From Raphidiopsis brookii D9 (GTDB lineage Bacteria > Cyanobacteriota > Cyanobacteriia > Cyanobacteriales > Nostocaceae): 32,000 bases of DNA. The position numbers and the translations under genes were made by a program. Below are positions 18,641-27,365 of the stretch, one piece after another. Position 1 is the first letter of the stretch, and the number at the start of each line of letters is the position of its first letter. Location: NCBI GenBank assembly GCA_000175855.1, contig ACYB01000020.1:1-32000 (forward strand), given 5' to 3'. The notes under the pieces were generated by a model. The model saw only the letters and a program-made list of their open reading frames with translations. It was not told the DNA's origin and searched no databases.

Positions 18641-19618
18641 TTACCGATTAATTTTTTCCGATACTTTTTTGCTATTTTGTTTAAAGTGTTCAATTTTTTT
18701 TCTGTATGTGAAAATATAATCAGTGACTGTATATGTAAAATTAATAATGTGCTGAGCATCTGTTGCACCACAAGTTATGCTCTTATGTACAAAATCATTT
18801 TCTGTCACTCTTAATCTATCAGCCCAATCATAAAGATTCTGATCAATAATTTCTTGCTCTTTCATTTTATTGAGTTTCTTCTCAAGGGATACTGCCTCAA
18901 TTTTATAATCTTTACATATATATTCTAAAGTCTTAATGCACATAATTACAGATGCAATAAATGCCTTATTAGCATAACACCGTATAGCTTCTTCTAATAC
19001 AGTCCTTATGTATGTAGGTATTTCAGAACTAATAGTTTTCTCAGACGTGGGATATAAGGTTTTGGGTTGACCATAGGTGGGATCATTGTAATGTTCCGGA
19101 TTATCAGAATATTCCGTGCGAGTGATAAAGGGATGAGAACACTTGGTACATTGTAAAAATGTAAACTTATATTTAGTGCCAATTTTATCCGGAGAATTAG
19201 CCATGGAATCTTTGGTCTGAATTGGTGTAAAGTAGCTATCTATTTCCTTGGCATTTACTAAGCCTTTACAAGTCACACAATTTAATACATGCACAACGTC
19301 GCGCATTTTACTGAGCAGCATTTTTACTTTTTGTTTATGTAAAGCTTCCCCATCCGGCGAAGTGCTTTGTGATATAGGTAAAAATTGCCTTTCTGTTTTC
19401 CGCTCATTTCTGAGTTGTACGAATATTTTATTATACTCTTTTCGTAGGGAAGGTTTATTCTCCAACCATTCATCTAGTAAAGCAGCTATTTCCTTTTCAC
19501 TGGGATATCCGGATTTCTCAATTTGTTCAGCCAAAGATGAGAAATCCCCCGTATCTTTGTTGAGGAAAATTTCCAGTGCAGTTAAAATTACATCTTCTGG
19601 ACTAAGACTTGTGATCAT
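18641..19618 (-). CDS. Zinc-ribbon (CxxC...CxxC) plus C-terminal DUF4145-like protein
   Basis: 325-aa ORF. The cysteine pairs are NCVTCKG and LQCTKCSH. The C-terminal segment IPTYIRTVLEEAIRCYANKAFIASVIMCIKTLEYICKD...LYDWADRLRVTENDFVHK matches the DUF4145 pattern by eye. Its ATG lies 9 nt after the CHAT gene stop, and that gap contains AGGAG. Confidence 0.6.
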   Translation of the reverse strand: MITSLSPEDVILTALEIFLNKDTGDFSSLAEQIEKSGYPSEKEIAALLDEWLENKPSLRKEYNKIFVQLRNERKTERQFLPISQSTSPDGEALHKQKVKMLLSKMRDVVHVLNCVTCKGLVNAKEIDSYFTPIQTKDSMANSPDKIGTKYKFTFLQCTKCSHPFITRTEYSDNPEHYNDPTYGQPKTLYPTSEKTISSEIPTYIRTVLEEAIRCYANKAFIASVIMCIKTLEYICKDYKIEAVSLEKKLNKMKEQEIIDQNLYDWADRLRVTENDFVHKSITCGATDAQHIINFTYTVTDYIFTYRKKIEHFKQNSKKVSEKINR

Positions 19619-19627
19619 GGTTCTCCT

Positions 19628-22504
19628 TTAAATTCCAACACAGGTAAAGGCGGCCCAGTAGTAGGGTTCTTGGAAAGGGCGTTGAGACTCTGGCATTGTA
19701 TCAAAATCGGCGAGTAATGTCAGCCTGGTCGCGGAAAATGGTAACTTTGCCGCCCATGTTAACAACTTTCCTGCTGGAACATCCCGTAACCATTGCTGGG
19801 CCTGATACAGTGCCAGGCGAGGACAACCATAGGTGAGAAGATTCTCTGTGTCCGTATAGAATTGGTAAAAACGAATCATTAACAAAGCAGTAGTATAATC
19901 ACTCACAGCCCATAAACTGCTGATTATGGTAGAAGCGCCTGCTAATAGAAAACCTGTGGGCAAACTGATATAGTCATCATTTTTGGTATCAACCATATCA
20001 CCAATTCCCATTTCATAGGCGGAAAGACAAACAAGATGACATCGACGCATATCCAACCCACAAATATCACCAAGGGTCAAACATTGGGAGAGATCCACTG
20101 CTGAACCATTTGGTAAGGGGAGGTATTCCCCACCCTTGGGGGGAGCTGGTAGAATACAATTAGCCAAAAGTATGGCAGAATGTAGAGGTTTTTGAAAATT
20201 AGAGTACCCAGTGCAGGAAAAATGCAGGTAATTTTTCTCTGGAATGGATCGACTAAAAATAGTTTCACGGGTGGCTTCTTTCTCAGTTATCACCTCCGTG
20301 CCAATCAGCAGTCGGGTAATAATTGTTTCTACTTCAAAACTGGCATATTGCAGGTTTTGGGTAGGATTTTGAATGGCCAGGGATTTTACTACTTCTTCCC
20401 GCTCCGTAACTTCTACGGAACTGAGGAGCTGACAACTGGGGAAATAACTAAATCCCAGGGGAAATCTCTCCCAGGGAAATAGAGCATGCACAGGGAAGAT
20501 ATGTAAGCAACCATAAGGTACGAGTATTAGTTCTTCACATGGGGGAGATAACTTCCACAATTGAGTTAATAAAGTCTCAACTTGCAAAATCTCCTTCAGT
20601 TGGCTCAATAGTTCCGGTAGGGCCTGTTTCCAGTTACCCAAATTCTGGTGATCGCGATAAATATCTAAGTATTTTTGGCTGAATTGCCGGATCACACTGG
20701 GCGATATAACCACTTTGTGAGGAAAAATGGGTACATCTGGATTAGCAGTGATGATAAAGGTATAGAGAACATCATCTGTAAAGTACCACTCCAGGATCAC
20801 TCGGCGTGGATCCGATCCCACCAGTTTGAGTATTTTAGATATGGTTATTGGTTCCACCCTCTGGGTAAGGGAGAAATGGGGATCAAGGGGTTTGATCTGG
20901 CTAGTAATAAATTGATCTAATTCCTCTATGAGCCCATTGAGTTGAGCATGGCTTCTTTTTTCTCCCTGGATTTCCAATAGTCTTACTTCATTGCGAACTG
21001 CTTGACGAAGACGATCTAATTCCCCATAAATACGAGAGGGAATATTTCCTTTTGGATATAGGTGTTTATTCTCTAGTAGCTCCACTAAATTTCGTGATTT
21101 ACTGCGCTCTACTAATTCAACTGCTTTACTGTATTGATGCAACTCAATACAAGCACGCACTGCTGACTGGTAAATATGGGGGTATTGGATATCAGTAGAT
21201 TTATCCCCAGGTTGCCAAAATTGGATTGTCTCTAGTGCTTTGATTCCCCGTTCATAACCCTCTAGGGCGATATCCCACCAACCCTGCTGAAATCCCAGAT
21301 CTCCTAAATGACTGGCAAATTTTAAATAGTCTGCTGGAGAAAGCTCCGGGGTAGCAATTGCTAAAGCTTCTCGATAATGGGCGATCGCCATTTGTAGGTT
21401 AGACTGGGACTCGGTTCCTAGTTCAGCTTGGGTTTGGTAAGCTTTTCCTAGATTATGAAGGGTTTGAGCCAGATCTGGTTCTAATCCTGGTTGACGGAGA
21501 ATAGTTAAAGCTTTAGTGAAGACAATAATTGCTCTTTGTAGATTTGCTTCTGGGTCCTTTCCTAGTTCTACTTCGCTTAGGTAGGCACTTCCTAGTTGGT
21601 TTAGAGTTTCGGCCAAGTCTCTTTCTAGCCCCAATTGGCGGAACATGGTAATAGCTTCTCTAAAAGGAGTAATTGCCCTCTCTAGTTTACCCTGGCTAAT
21701 ATAAACACTACCCACACTAGTCAAGGTTTTAGCTAAGTCCCTTTCTAAACCTAGTTCCCGTAGAATAGAGATGGCTTCTGTATAGGGTGGAATTGCCTTT
21801 TGTAGATTTGCTTGTGAGTCCTTACCTAATTGAGCTTGGGTTTGGTAGGCGCTACCTAAATTGTAGAGAGTTTGAGCTAAATCCCTTTCTAAATCTAATT
21901 CCCGTAAAATTGAAATGGCTTCTGCATAAGCAGTAACTGCTCTTTCTAGATTAGCTTCCTTACTCATTTGGGCTTGGATTTGATAAGCAGCACCTAAATT
22001 GTTCAGAACTTGGGCCAATTCCCTTTCTAACCCAGGTTGACGACGGATGGCAATGGCCTCATTATAAGCTGCGATCGCCTTTTCTAGATTAGACTGGAAG
22101 TCTGTACCCATTTGGGCCTGGGTTTGATAAGCAGCACCCAGATGATTGAGAACTTGAGCCAATTCTTTTTCTAGTCCTAATTGGCGTTCTATGGCGGCGC
22201 AAAATTCGTATCCACAGATGGCTATAGCAAGGTTAATTAGCGGATCTCCACCGGGAAAATGATAAAAAATCCGAGCCAGAAGGTACAGTGATGCTCCCAG
22301 TTGAGCGTTTTGCTCGGGAGTTGGTTGTTTGTTTACCTGATGACCACCCCAAGATTGTAGTTGGTCAATAAAGGTTGCATCTAAAAGATGGAGATTGTTT
22401 TCCAGCAGGGGGTAAATTACTTGGCTATCCCCCTTGCTCTCAAAAATGGTTCCTACCAGTAACTCAATTAAGTCTATATAATCGTAAATGCGCCCTTGAT
22501 CCAT
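19628..22504 (-). CDS. TPR-repeat plus CHAT-domain protein (caspase-like fold) with an apparently substituted catalytic dyad
   Basis: 958-aa ORF. It has 6-7 TPR-like units of about 40-49 aa (GLERDLAQTLNNLGAAYQTQAQ...). The C-terminal CHAT-like region reads YLHFSCTGYS (20201-20227) ... HLVCLSAYEMG (20006-20038) ... AGASTIISSLWAVSD. Confidence 0.75.
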   Translation of the reverse strand: MDQGRIYDYIDLIELLVGTIFESKGDSQVIYPLLENNLHLLDATFIDQLQSWGGHQVNKQPTPEQNAQLGASLYLLARIFYHFPGGDPLINLAIAICGYEFCAAIERQLGLEKELAQVLNHLGAAYQTQAQMGTDFQSNLEKAIAAYNEAIAIRRQPGLERELAQVLNNLGAAYQIQAQMSKEANLERAVTAYAEAISILRELDLERDLAQTLYNLGSAYQTQAQLGKDSQANLQKAIPPYTEAISILRELGLERDLAKTLTSVGSVYISQGKLERAITPFREAITMFRQLGLERDLAETLNQLGSAYLSEVELGKDPEANLQRAIIVFTKALTILRQPGLEPDLAQTLHNLGKAYQTQAELGTESQSNLQMAIAHYREALAIATPELSPADYLKFASHLGDLGFQQGWWDIALEGYERGIKALETIQFWQPGDKSTDIQYPHIYQSAVRACIELHQYSKAVELVERSKSRNLVELLENKHLYPKGNIPSRIYGELDRLRQAVRNEVRLLEIQGEKRSHAQLNGLIEELDQFITSQIKPLDPHFSLTQRVEPITISKILKLVGSDPRRVILEWYFTDDVLYTFIITANPDVPIFPHKVVISPSVIRQFSQKYLDIYRDHQNLGNWKQALPELLSQLKEILQVETLLTQLWKLSPPCEELILVPYGCLHIFPVHALFPWERFPLGFSYFPSCQLLSSVEVTEREEVVKSLAIQNPTQNLQYASFEVETIITRLLIGTEVITEKEATRETIFSRSIPEKNYLHFSCTGYSNFQKPLHSAILLANCILPAPPKGGEYLPLPNGSAVDLSQCLTLGDICGLDMRRCHLVCLSAYEMGIGDMVDTKNDDYISLPTGFLLAGASTIISSLWAVSDYTTALLMIRFYQFYTDTENLLTYGCPRLALYQAQQWLRDVPAGKLLTWAAKLPFSATRLTLLADFDTMPESQRPFQEPYYWAAFTCVGI

Positions 22505-22673
22505 AAAATTAACCCTACCCTACACCCTATTAGTAATTTTCACCCAATCTTTTGGGAAATATACCTAAGCATCCGGCTTTTTTCAATCAGAATCTGAAAC
22601 ATGTAAAAATATAATAAGACTAATTCTGTTATGAAAGGCTCACTCAAAGTTATCATGTTACCAGGAGGTAAAG

Positions 22674-23714
22674 TTGTTGGACTCACTAACAGTTAAGAAT
22701 CTCTCACCTAAGAGCCAAAGGGAGTGCAGAAGGCTTATGGATTCCCCTGCTTTGTGGGTATTAGCATTTTTGGGTTCTATCTCTCTACATGTCTTGGTCT
22801 TTTGGTGGTTGAGCTCTTCCAAACTATTGGGTTTGTGGGTTCCTCTCTCCCAGTTTGGTCAAGACAACGTGGTGGTGGAACTGGTAGATGTTCCTGCTTC
22901 AGTAGAGCCACAAAAACAATTTCCTAAGTCTGAACCTGCTCTAGCCAAACCAAATCCTTCTCCATCTATCTCAAAGCAAGCCAATCCTGGCACTACTAAG
23001 AGAGTAGTTGCACAGGTTGTTGTTCCTAAACCTAGTAACTCCAATTTAAATAGATCCGCAGCCGCCTCCCCCAGGGAAAATCAGCCCAACACTCCATTAA
23101 CACCTAAACCCATACCTAGAGTACCAAGTACTCCTCCAACTGATCTTCCCTGGAATATTCCTCGAAAGGATCCTGAATTGGGGAAACCAAAACCCTTACC
23201 GGAAATTACCCCCGATAACGATAAGTTAAGCAGTTCACCTTCCCCATCACCCAACGGAAATCCTACCCCGGAAACCACCCTAGTGGGAGACAATTCCCAA
23301 CCTCAATTATTTACTTTCAATATTCAACCTCTCAACACAGAGGAGATACAGGATCTAAGAAAAAAAGGTGAGATAAGAGCGGATATTCCACAGGTGCTAC
23401 CCAAGTACGAAGGTGAAAATTCCAAGCGGCTAGAAATTAATCTTCCTTCCGCTCAAACACAAATATTTACCATACTAGTTAGCTTAATAGTTGATCAGTA
23501 TGGCAAACTCCGGGGACTTTCCATTATTGACCCTAACATACCCGAAAAGGATAAAAGTGCTTACGAGCAAGAACTCCAGCAGCTTTTTCAGCAGGAGAAA
23601 TTTGTAGGTGGTTCTAACAACGATGGTTCCCGACCAGAACAGAGTAACTTATATGTGAGAGTAACCATCACTCCTATGGAAGCACCAACAAACTCCTCAA
23701 AAAATTCTCCCTAG
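22674..23714 (+). CDS. Proline-rich, membrane-anchored protein with TonB-like architecture
   Basis: 346-aa ORF. The TTG start at 22674 is preceded by AGGAGG with a 5-nt spacing. It has one N-terminal TM helix (ALWVLAFLGSISLHVLVFWWL), a long Pro/Ser-rich linker and a small C-terminal globular region. The family is not confirmed. Confidence 0.45.
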   Translation: MLDSLTVKNLSPKSQRECRRLMDSPALWVLAFLGSISLHVLVFWWLSSSKLLGLWVPLSQFGQDNVVVELVDVPASVEPQKQFPKSEPALAKPNPSPSISKQANPGTTKRVVAQVVVPKPSNSNLNRSAAASPRENQPNTPLTPKPIPRVPSTPPTDLPWNIPRKDPELGKPKPLPEITPDNDKLSSSPSPSPNGNPTPETTLVGDNSQPQLFTFNIQPLNTEEIQDLRKKGEIRADIPQVLPKYEGENSKRLEINLPSAQTQIFTILVSLIVDQYGKLRGLSIIDPNIPEKDKSAYEQELQQLFQQEKFVGGSNNDGSRPEQSNLYVRVTITPMEAPTNSSKNSP

Positions 23715-23783
23715 GGACTTGCAATTTCCCACAGACTCTGTTAATATTACCAAAGTTGGAAAAAACAAAACTGCAAGACAACC

Positions 23784-23854
23784 TGCGGGCGTAGTTTAGT
23801 GGTAAAACTATAGCCTTCCAAGCTATTAATGCGGGTTCGATTCCCGCCGCCCGC
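23784..23854 (+). tRNA. tRNA-Gly (anticodon UCC)
   Basis: Folded by hand. The acceptor stem is GCGGGCG/CGCCCGC, the D arm is GTTT-AGTGGTA-AAAC, and the anticodon arm is ATAGC-CTTCCAA-GCTAT. The T arm is GCGGG-TTCGATT-CCCGC and the discriminator is T. CCA is not encoded. Confidence 0.92.
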
Positions 23855-25721
23855 TTTCTCCACCCTCTACTGGTGGTATTTTCTCTATTGGTATGAGTAC
23901 GTCTAAAACGGACTTAACAATAGGAGCAGCAACAGTGCCACCATAGGCATCACCACCTTTTGGTTCATCAACAACGGCTAAAATGACATAACGCGGAGCC
24001 TCAACGGGGAAAATACCTACAAAGCTGGTAATTCGGGCACCGGGAATATATCCACCACTGGGACTGGCTTTTTGGGCCGTACCAGTTTTACCAGCTACAG
24101 CATACCCTTGAATGCGTGATGCTTTTCCACTACCCTGAGTAACTACGGTTTCCATCATGTTTACAACTGTTTGGGTGGTACTAGGGGAAAAAATCTGTCG
24201 AGGGACTGGTATTTCCGGAGAAAAATGTACTTTTCCCTGGCTATCTATTAATCCTTGAACCACATGAGGTGTAACCAATTTACCACCATTAGCTAAAGCA
24301 CCATGCATTTGCACTAATTGTAGGGGTGTGAGGGAGAAACCCTGTCCAAAAGAAGCGGTTGCCATTTCTACGGGAGATGACAAGAATTGATCTTGATTTT
24401 TGAGAATTCCACGGGTGCCAAATGGTAAGTCCGTGTCCATTTTTTGACCAATACCTAGTTTTTGTAACCAGTTGTAGTAGATTTTGGGTTGGAGGCGTTG
24501 GACAATTTGCACCATACCCACATTGCTGGATGTCTGTAAAATTTCAGCAACGTTAATTTGTCTAAAACTATTGATAGCTGCATTTTTGATGATTTGGTCA
24601 GCGACCCTGATAGTACCCGGATCGTCAAATCTATCATCAGGACTGATGACACCTGTTTCCAAAGCAACAGCCACAATTAAGGGCTTAAAAGTAGATCCGG
24701 GCTCATAAAGATCAGTCACAGTCCAATTTTTAAAAGATGCAATATTAGCTTTAAAATACTCATTGGGATCATAACTGGGCTGGGACACTAAGGACAATAG
24801 AGAACCATCTTTAGCATCCATAACAATCACAGCACCGCGTTTAGCCTGAAACTTTTTGACCTGTTGTTTCAGGGCGCTACGAACAGCTCTTTGCAAGCGA
24901 CTATCTATGGTTAATTGCAATTTAAAATCATCGGAATATAAAAACTCATCTGGTGCATAATCTGGCATAATGTCCCCCGCACCGGTTCGTGTCAGACGCA
25001 CGGTTTCCCTGGAACGCTCCAACAGTTTGTCCTGACTATATTCTACCCCAGCTTGACCATGTCTTTCTAGATTTACATAACCCACTACGTCTGCTACTAG
25101 ATCTTCTTGAGGGTAGAAACGAGAGTATTTTTCAATAAATTCTAAACCATCTAGTCTAAATGATATCAAGCGATCAGCAATATTTTCGGATACCTTATCA
25201 GCTAAAAGAATACCACTTTTTCTAGTTTTAAATAGCTTCACTAGGTCGCCAACATCTTTATTCAGAATAGGTGCTATTTTCTCCGCTATTGCCTGACTAG
25301 ATTTATTGAATAACTTAGGATGAACATAAACTGTATAAACAGGACGGTCAATAGCTAATAAACTTTTATTGCGATCAACTAATGGACGCCGGGGCATAAA
25401 AGGACGTAAGACAGCTGTTTGTTGGTTTCTAGCCCTTTGGGTGAGTTTTGGTCCATCCACAACTTGGAGGCGATACAAATTCACAGCTAGACCCATCCCA
25501 GATAGAAATAGAACTCCCCAAATCACCAACAGTCGAGAGTGAAAATTGACGAGTCGAGTTGGAGTACCAGGGGAGTTTTTCTCTGGGAATGATGGGGAAA
25601 ATCTGTTTCTCCCTGTTAATTCTAAATACCGTCGGAGATTTTCTCGTAGGTTGGCTAAGTTTCTGAATCTGCTCCTAGTAGGTTTGGTTTTGCTGGGTAA
25701 CTTCTGCATGGGAATGGTCAA
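23826..25721 (-). CDS. ftsI: Peptidoglycan D,D-transpeptidase (class B penicillin-binding protein, FtsI-type)
   Basis: 631-aa ORF with motifs STFKP (SxxK), SSN and KTGT. The track start at 25721 is TTG, and an alternative ATG is at 25709. The last 29 nt, including the stop, overlap tRNA-Gly on the opposite strand. Confidence 0.9.
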   Translation of the reverse strand: MTIPMQKLPSKTKPTRSRFRNLANLRENLRRYLELTGRNRFSPSFPEKNSPGTPTRLVNFHSRLLVIWGVLFLSGMGLAVNLYRLQVVDGPKLTQRARNQQTAVLRPFMPRRPLVDRNKSLLAIDRPVYTVYVHPKLFNKSSQAIAEKIAPILNKDVGDLVKLFKTRKSGILLADKVSENIADRLISFRLDGLEFIEKYSRFYPQEDLVADVVGYVNLERHGQAGVEYSQDKLLERSRETVRLTRTGAGDIMPDYAPDEFLYSDDFKLQLTIDSRLQRAVRSALKQQVKKFQAKRGAVIVMDAKDGSLLSLVSQPSYDPNEYFKANIASFKNWTVTDLYEPGSTFKPLIVAVALETGVISPDDRFDDPGTIRVADQIIKNAAINSFRQINVAEILQTSSNVGMVQIVQRLQPKIYYNWLQKLGIGQKMDTDLPFGTRGILKNQDQFLSSPVEMATASFGQGFSLTPLQLVQMHGALANGGKLVTPHVVQGLIDSQGKVHFSPEIPVPRQIFSPSTTQTVVNMMETVVTQGSGKASRIQGYAVAGKTGTAQKASPSGGYIPGARITSFVGIFPVEAPRYVILAVVDEPKGGDAYGGTVAAPIVKSVLDVLIPIEKIPPVEGGESGRRESNPH

Positions 25722-25726
25722 TAAGC

Positions 25727-26299
25727 TTAATATCCTAACGGTGGAATTGAGGTGCGTTTACTTGGAGATGGGGGTGTTTTAGCTCTCAATGGTGGTTGAG
25801 CATTACTTGATACTGCGGGCAGAAACACCATCTTACCCGGAGCAGATAGTCCCAGTCCCATTGCTTCTGCTTCCTGAGCCATTTTACTAATCATAGTAGC
25901 ATTGGCTGCAGTTAGCTGTCGTTCCTGGCGTTGTAAGCTTTCCAGTCTGCGATAGGAATGACTCCAAATCTGTTGACAATAGACTGTTCCACCATAGATT
26001 GCCAACGTCACCACCACAAACAAAAATGCCGTCACGGAGGAATAGTGGTGAATTTTGTTGAAGCGGACAATCCATAAGTTACTACTATTAGAATAGATTG
26101 GTAGCTGATTACTGATTTGACCAGTTGACATAGGTTTTTGCACTGGAGCATCAGAAAAAATAGCCTTAGAGTCACGTTCCTCTTTCCTGCGTGCTGGTTT
26201 AGTGGAAGATGGAGAATCTTCCCCATACCAAATAGGGGAGGAATCTGGTCTAAACCAGGAGCTTTTCGTAGAAACAGCTGATTTGGGTAATGCTGACAT
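25727..26299 (-). CDS. FtsL/DivIC-like bitopic cell-division protein candidate
   Basis: 190-aa ORF. It has a single TM helix (VTAFLFVVVTLAIYGGTVY) followed by a heptad-like segment RRLESLQRQERQLTAANATMISKMAQEAE. It lies immediately upstream of ftsI, with its stop 5 nt before the ftsI TTG. Confidence 0.4.
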   Translation of the reverse strand: MSALPKSAVSTKSSWFRPDSSPIWYGEDSPSSTKPARRKEERDSKAIFSDAPVQKPMSTGQISNQLPIYSNSSNLWIVRFNKIHHYSSVTAFLFVVVTLAIYGGTVYCQQIWSHSYRRLESLQRQERQLTAANATMISKMAQEAEAMGLGLSAPGKMVFLPAVSSNAQPPLRAKTPPSPSKRTSIPPLGY

Positions 26300-26543
26300 A
26301 ATAGTGATGAATGCTAAATTTGAGCCTGAACAGGTAGCATGCTAAAAAAATTATGGTTCAATTATGCTTGCTAGATTACTTATTGGCAATGTCCTATCTT
26401 CCTCTACAGTGGGTACGACCATAACAAAAAAAACCGGGAAGAAATTTATTCTGTACAAATTGTTTCACAAAAAGCAACAAATGAGATATCTTATTCAACA
26501 GGAGCAATCCCTTGTGTTGCACTTAATTGGTGAAAGAGGAGTC

Positions 26544-26750
26544 ATGAAAACAAAAATCTTTGGTTTGGCTATCGTTTTAAGTCTAGCTACTATGCTGGGC
26601 GCTTGTGAAGGTGGTACTGAACCCTCTGGTGATGCTACAACCACACCTGCTGCTACTACTGCACCCGCTGAGCCCACTGATAGTGGTACTGCTACCCCTG
26701 CTGCTACTACAGAACCCACAGCAACCCCAACTCCTACTACTACTCCCTAG
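26544..26750 (+). CDS. Small Thr/Pro/Ala-rich lipoprotein
   Basis: 68 aa from the ATG at 26544, preceded by GAAAGAGGAG. The signal peptide with lipobox is MKTKIFGLAIVLSLATMLGAC. The remainder is low-complexity T/P/A/E sequence. Confidence 0.5.
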   Translation: MKTKIFGLAIVLSLATMLGACEGGTEPSGDATTTPAATTAPAEPTDSGTATPAATTEPTATPTPTTTP

Positions 26751-26887
26751 AACTTTTTAGGAACGCCTAATTTTGATCAATCAAGTTTTGACCATAGGTA
26801 TGCTGCAGTAGCTAGTTCGATAAACAAACCCACGCTCTACCCCTTTGGGTAGGCGCTGGGGCTTTACAAAAACCAACAAGACGGGAA

Positions 26888-27211
26888 ATGAAAGGTCTAC
26901 CTGTAAAATTCCAGTTTGTAGTTTTGGGAGTCATTACAGCTGTAATAGTAGGAATGATTAATCATGCAGTAACCATAGCAGTCCCACCACTAACAGAAGA
27001 TATTCCGGAAGAAATACTACGGACAGAAATTATCACCATCGGGCGATCGCCTATTGATGGTAGGATATTAACTGCATCGGAATATGCTGAACTACAAGAG
27101 CAGCTGAGAACAATTCCCCCCAGAAAACTAAGTCCTAGCTTGAGACACACAGTATTTTTGCTCAGGATGCGCAGAATTTTACGGCAAATTTTCCCATTTT
27201 TAGATATTTAA
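26888..27211 (+). CDS. Small membrane protein of unknown function
   Basis: 107-aa ORF with an ATG start and one N-terminal TM helix (FQFVVLGVITAVIVGMINHAV). I recognise no motif. Confidence 0.4.
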   Translation: MKGLPVKFQFVVLGVITAVIVGMINHAVTIAVPPLTEDIPEEILRTEIITIGRSPIDGRILTASEYAELQEQLRTIPPRKLSPSLRHTVFLLRMRRILRQIFPFLDI

Positions 27212-27365
27212 GCTGCCAGAATTCATACTTATTTCATACTTATAATGTAAAATACATCCTGATCTACGGGAACCATGAGGACAAAAATACAAATAAATGT
27301 AAAGAATATATATAGTTATAGAAAACTGAATTTAGTTAGTCACCTTATTGAATGTAGGTAGCTCC

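Noticed and set aside
17980-18814. Plus-strand ORFs antisense to recN (17980-18162, 18216-18605) and to the DUF4145 gene (18611-18814, 19248-19631)
   Set aside because: They are fully contained in, or overlap, well-supported minus-strand genes. They have no independent support.
20077-20920. Small ORFs within or antisense to the CHAT gene (20077-20268-, 20192-20482+, 20675-20920+)
   Set aside because: They are off-frame or antisense to a long intact ORF with clear TPR/CHAT periodicity.
22724-23293. ORFs 22724-22927+, 22859-23044- and 23081-23293- overlapping the Pro-rich protein gene
   Set aside because: They are alternative-frame or antisense products of a low-complexity Pro/Ser-rich coding region. 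The 346-aa frame has the SD-supported start and a TM anchor.
26364-26543. N-terminal 60-aa extension of the small lipoprotein ORF (track start 26364)
   Set aside because: The extension has no signal-peptide character. The internal ATG at 26544 has a strong GAGGAG-type SD and begins a canonical lipoprotein signal, so the shorter ORF is preferred.
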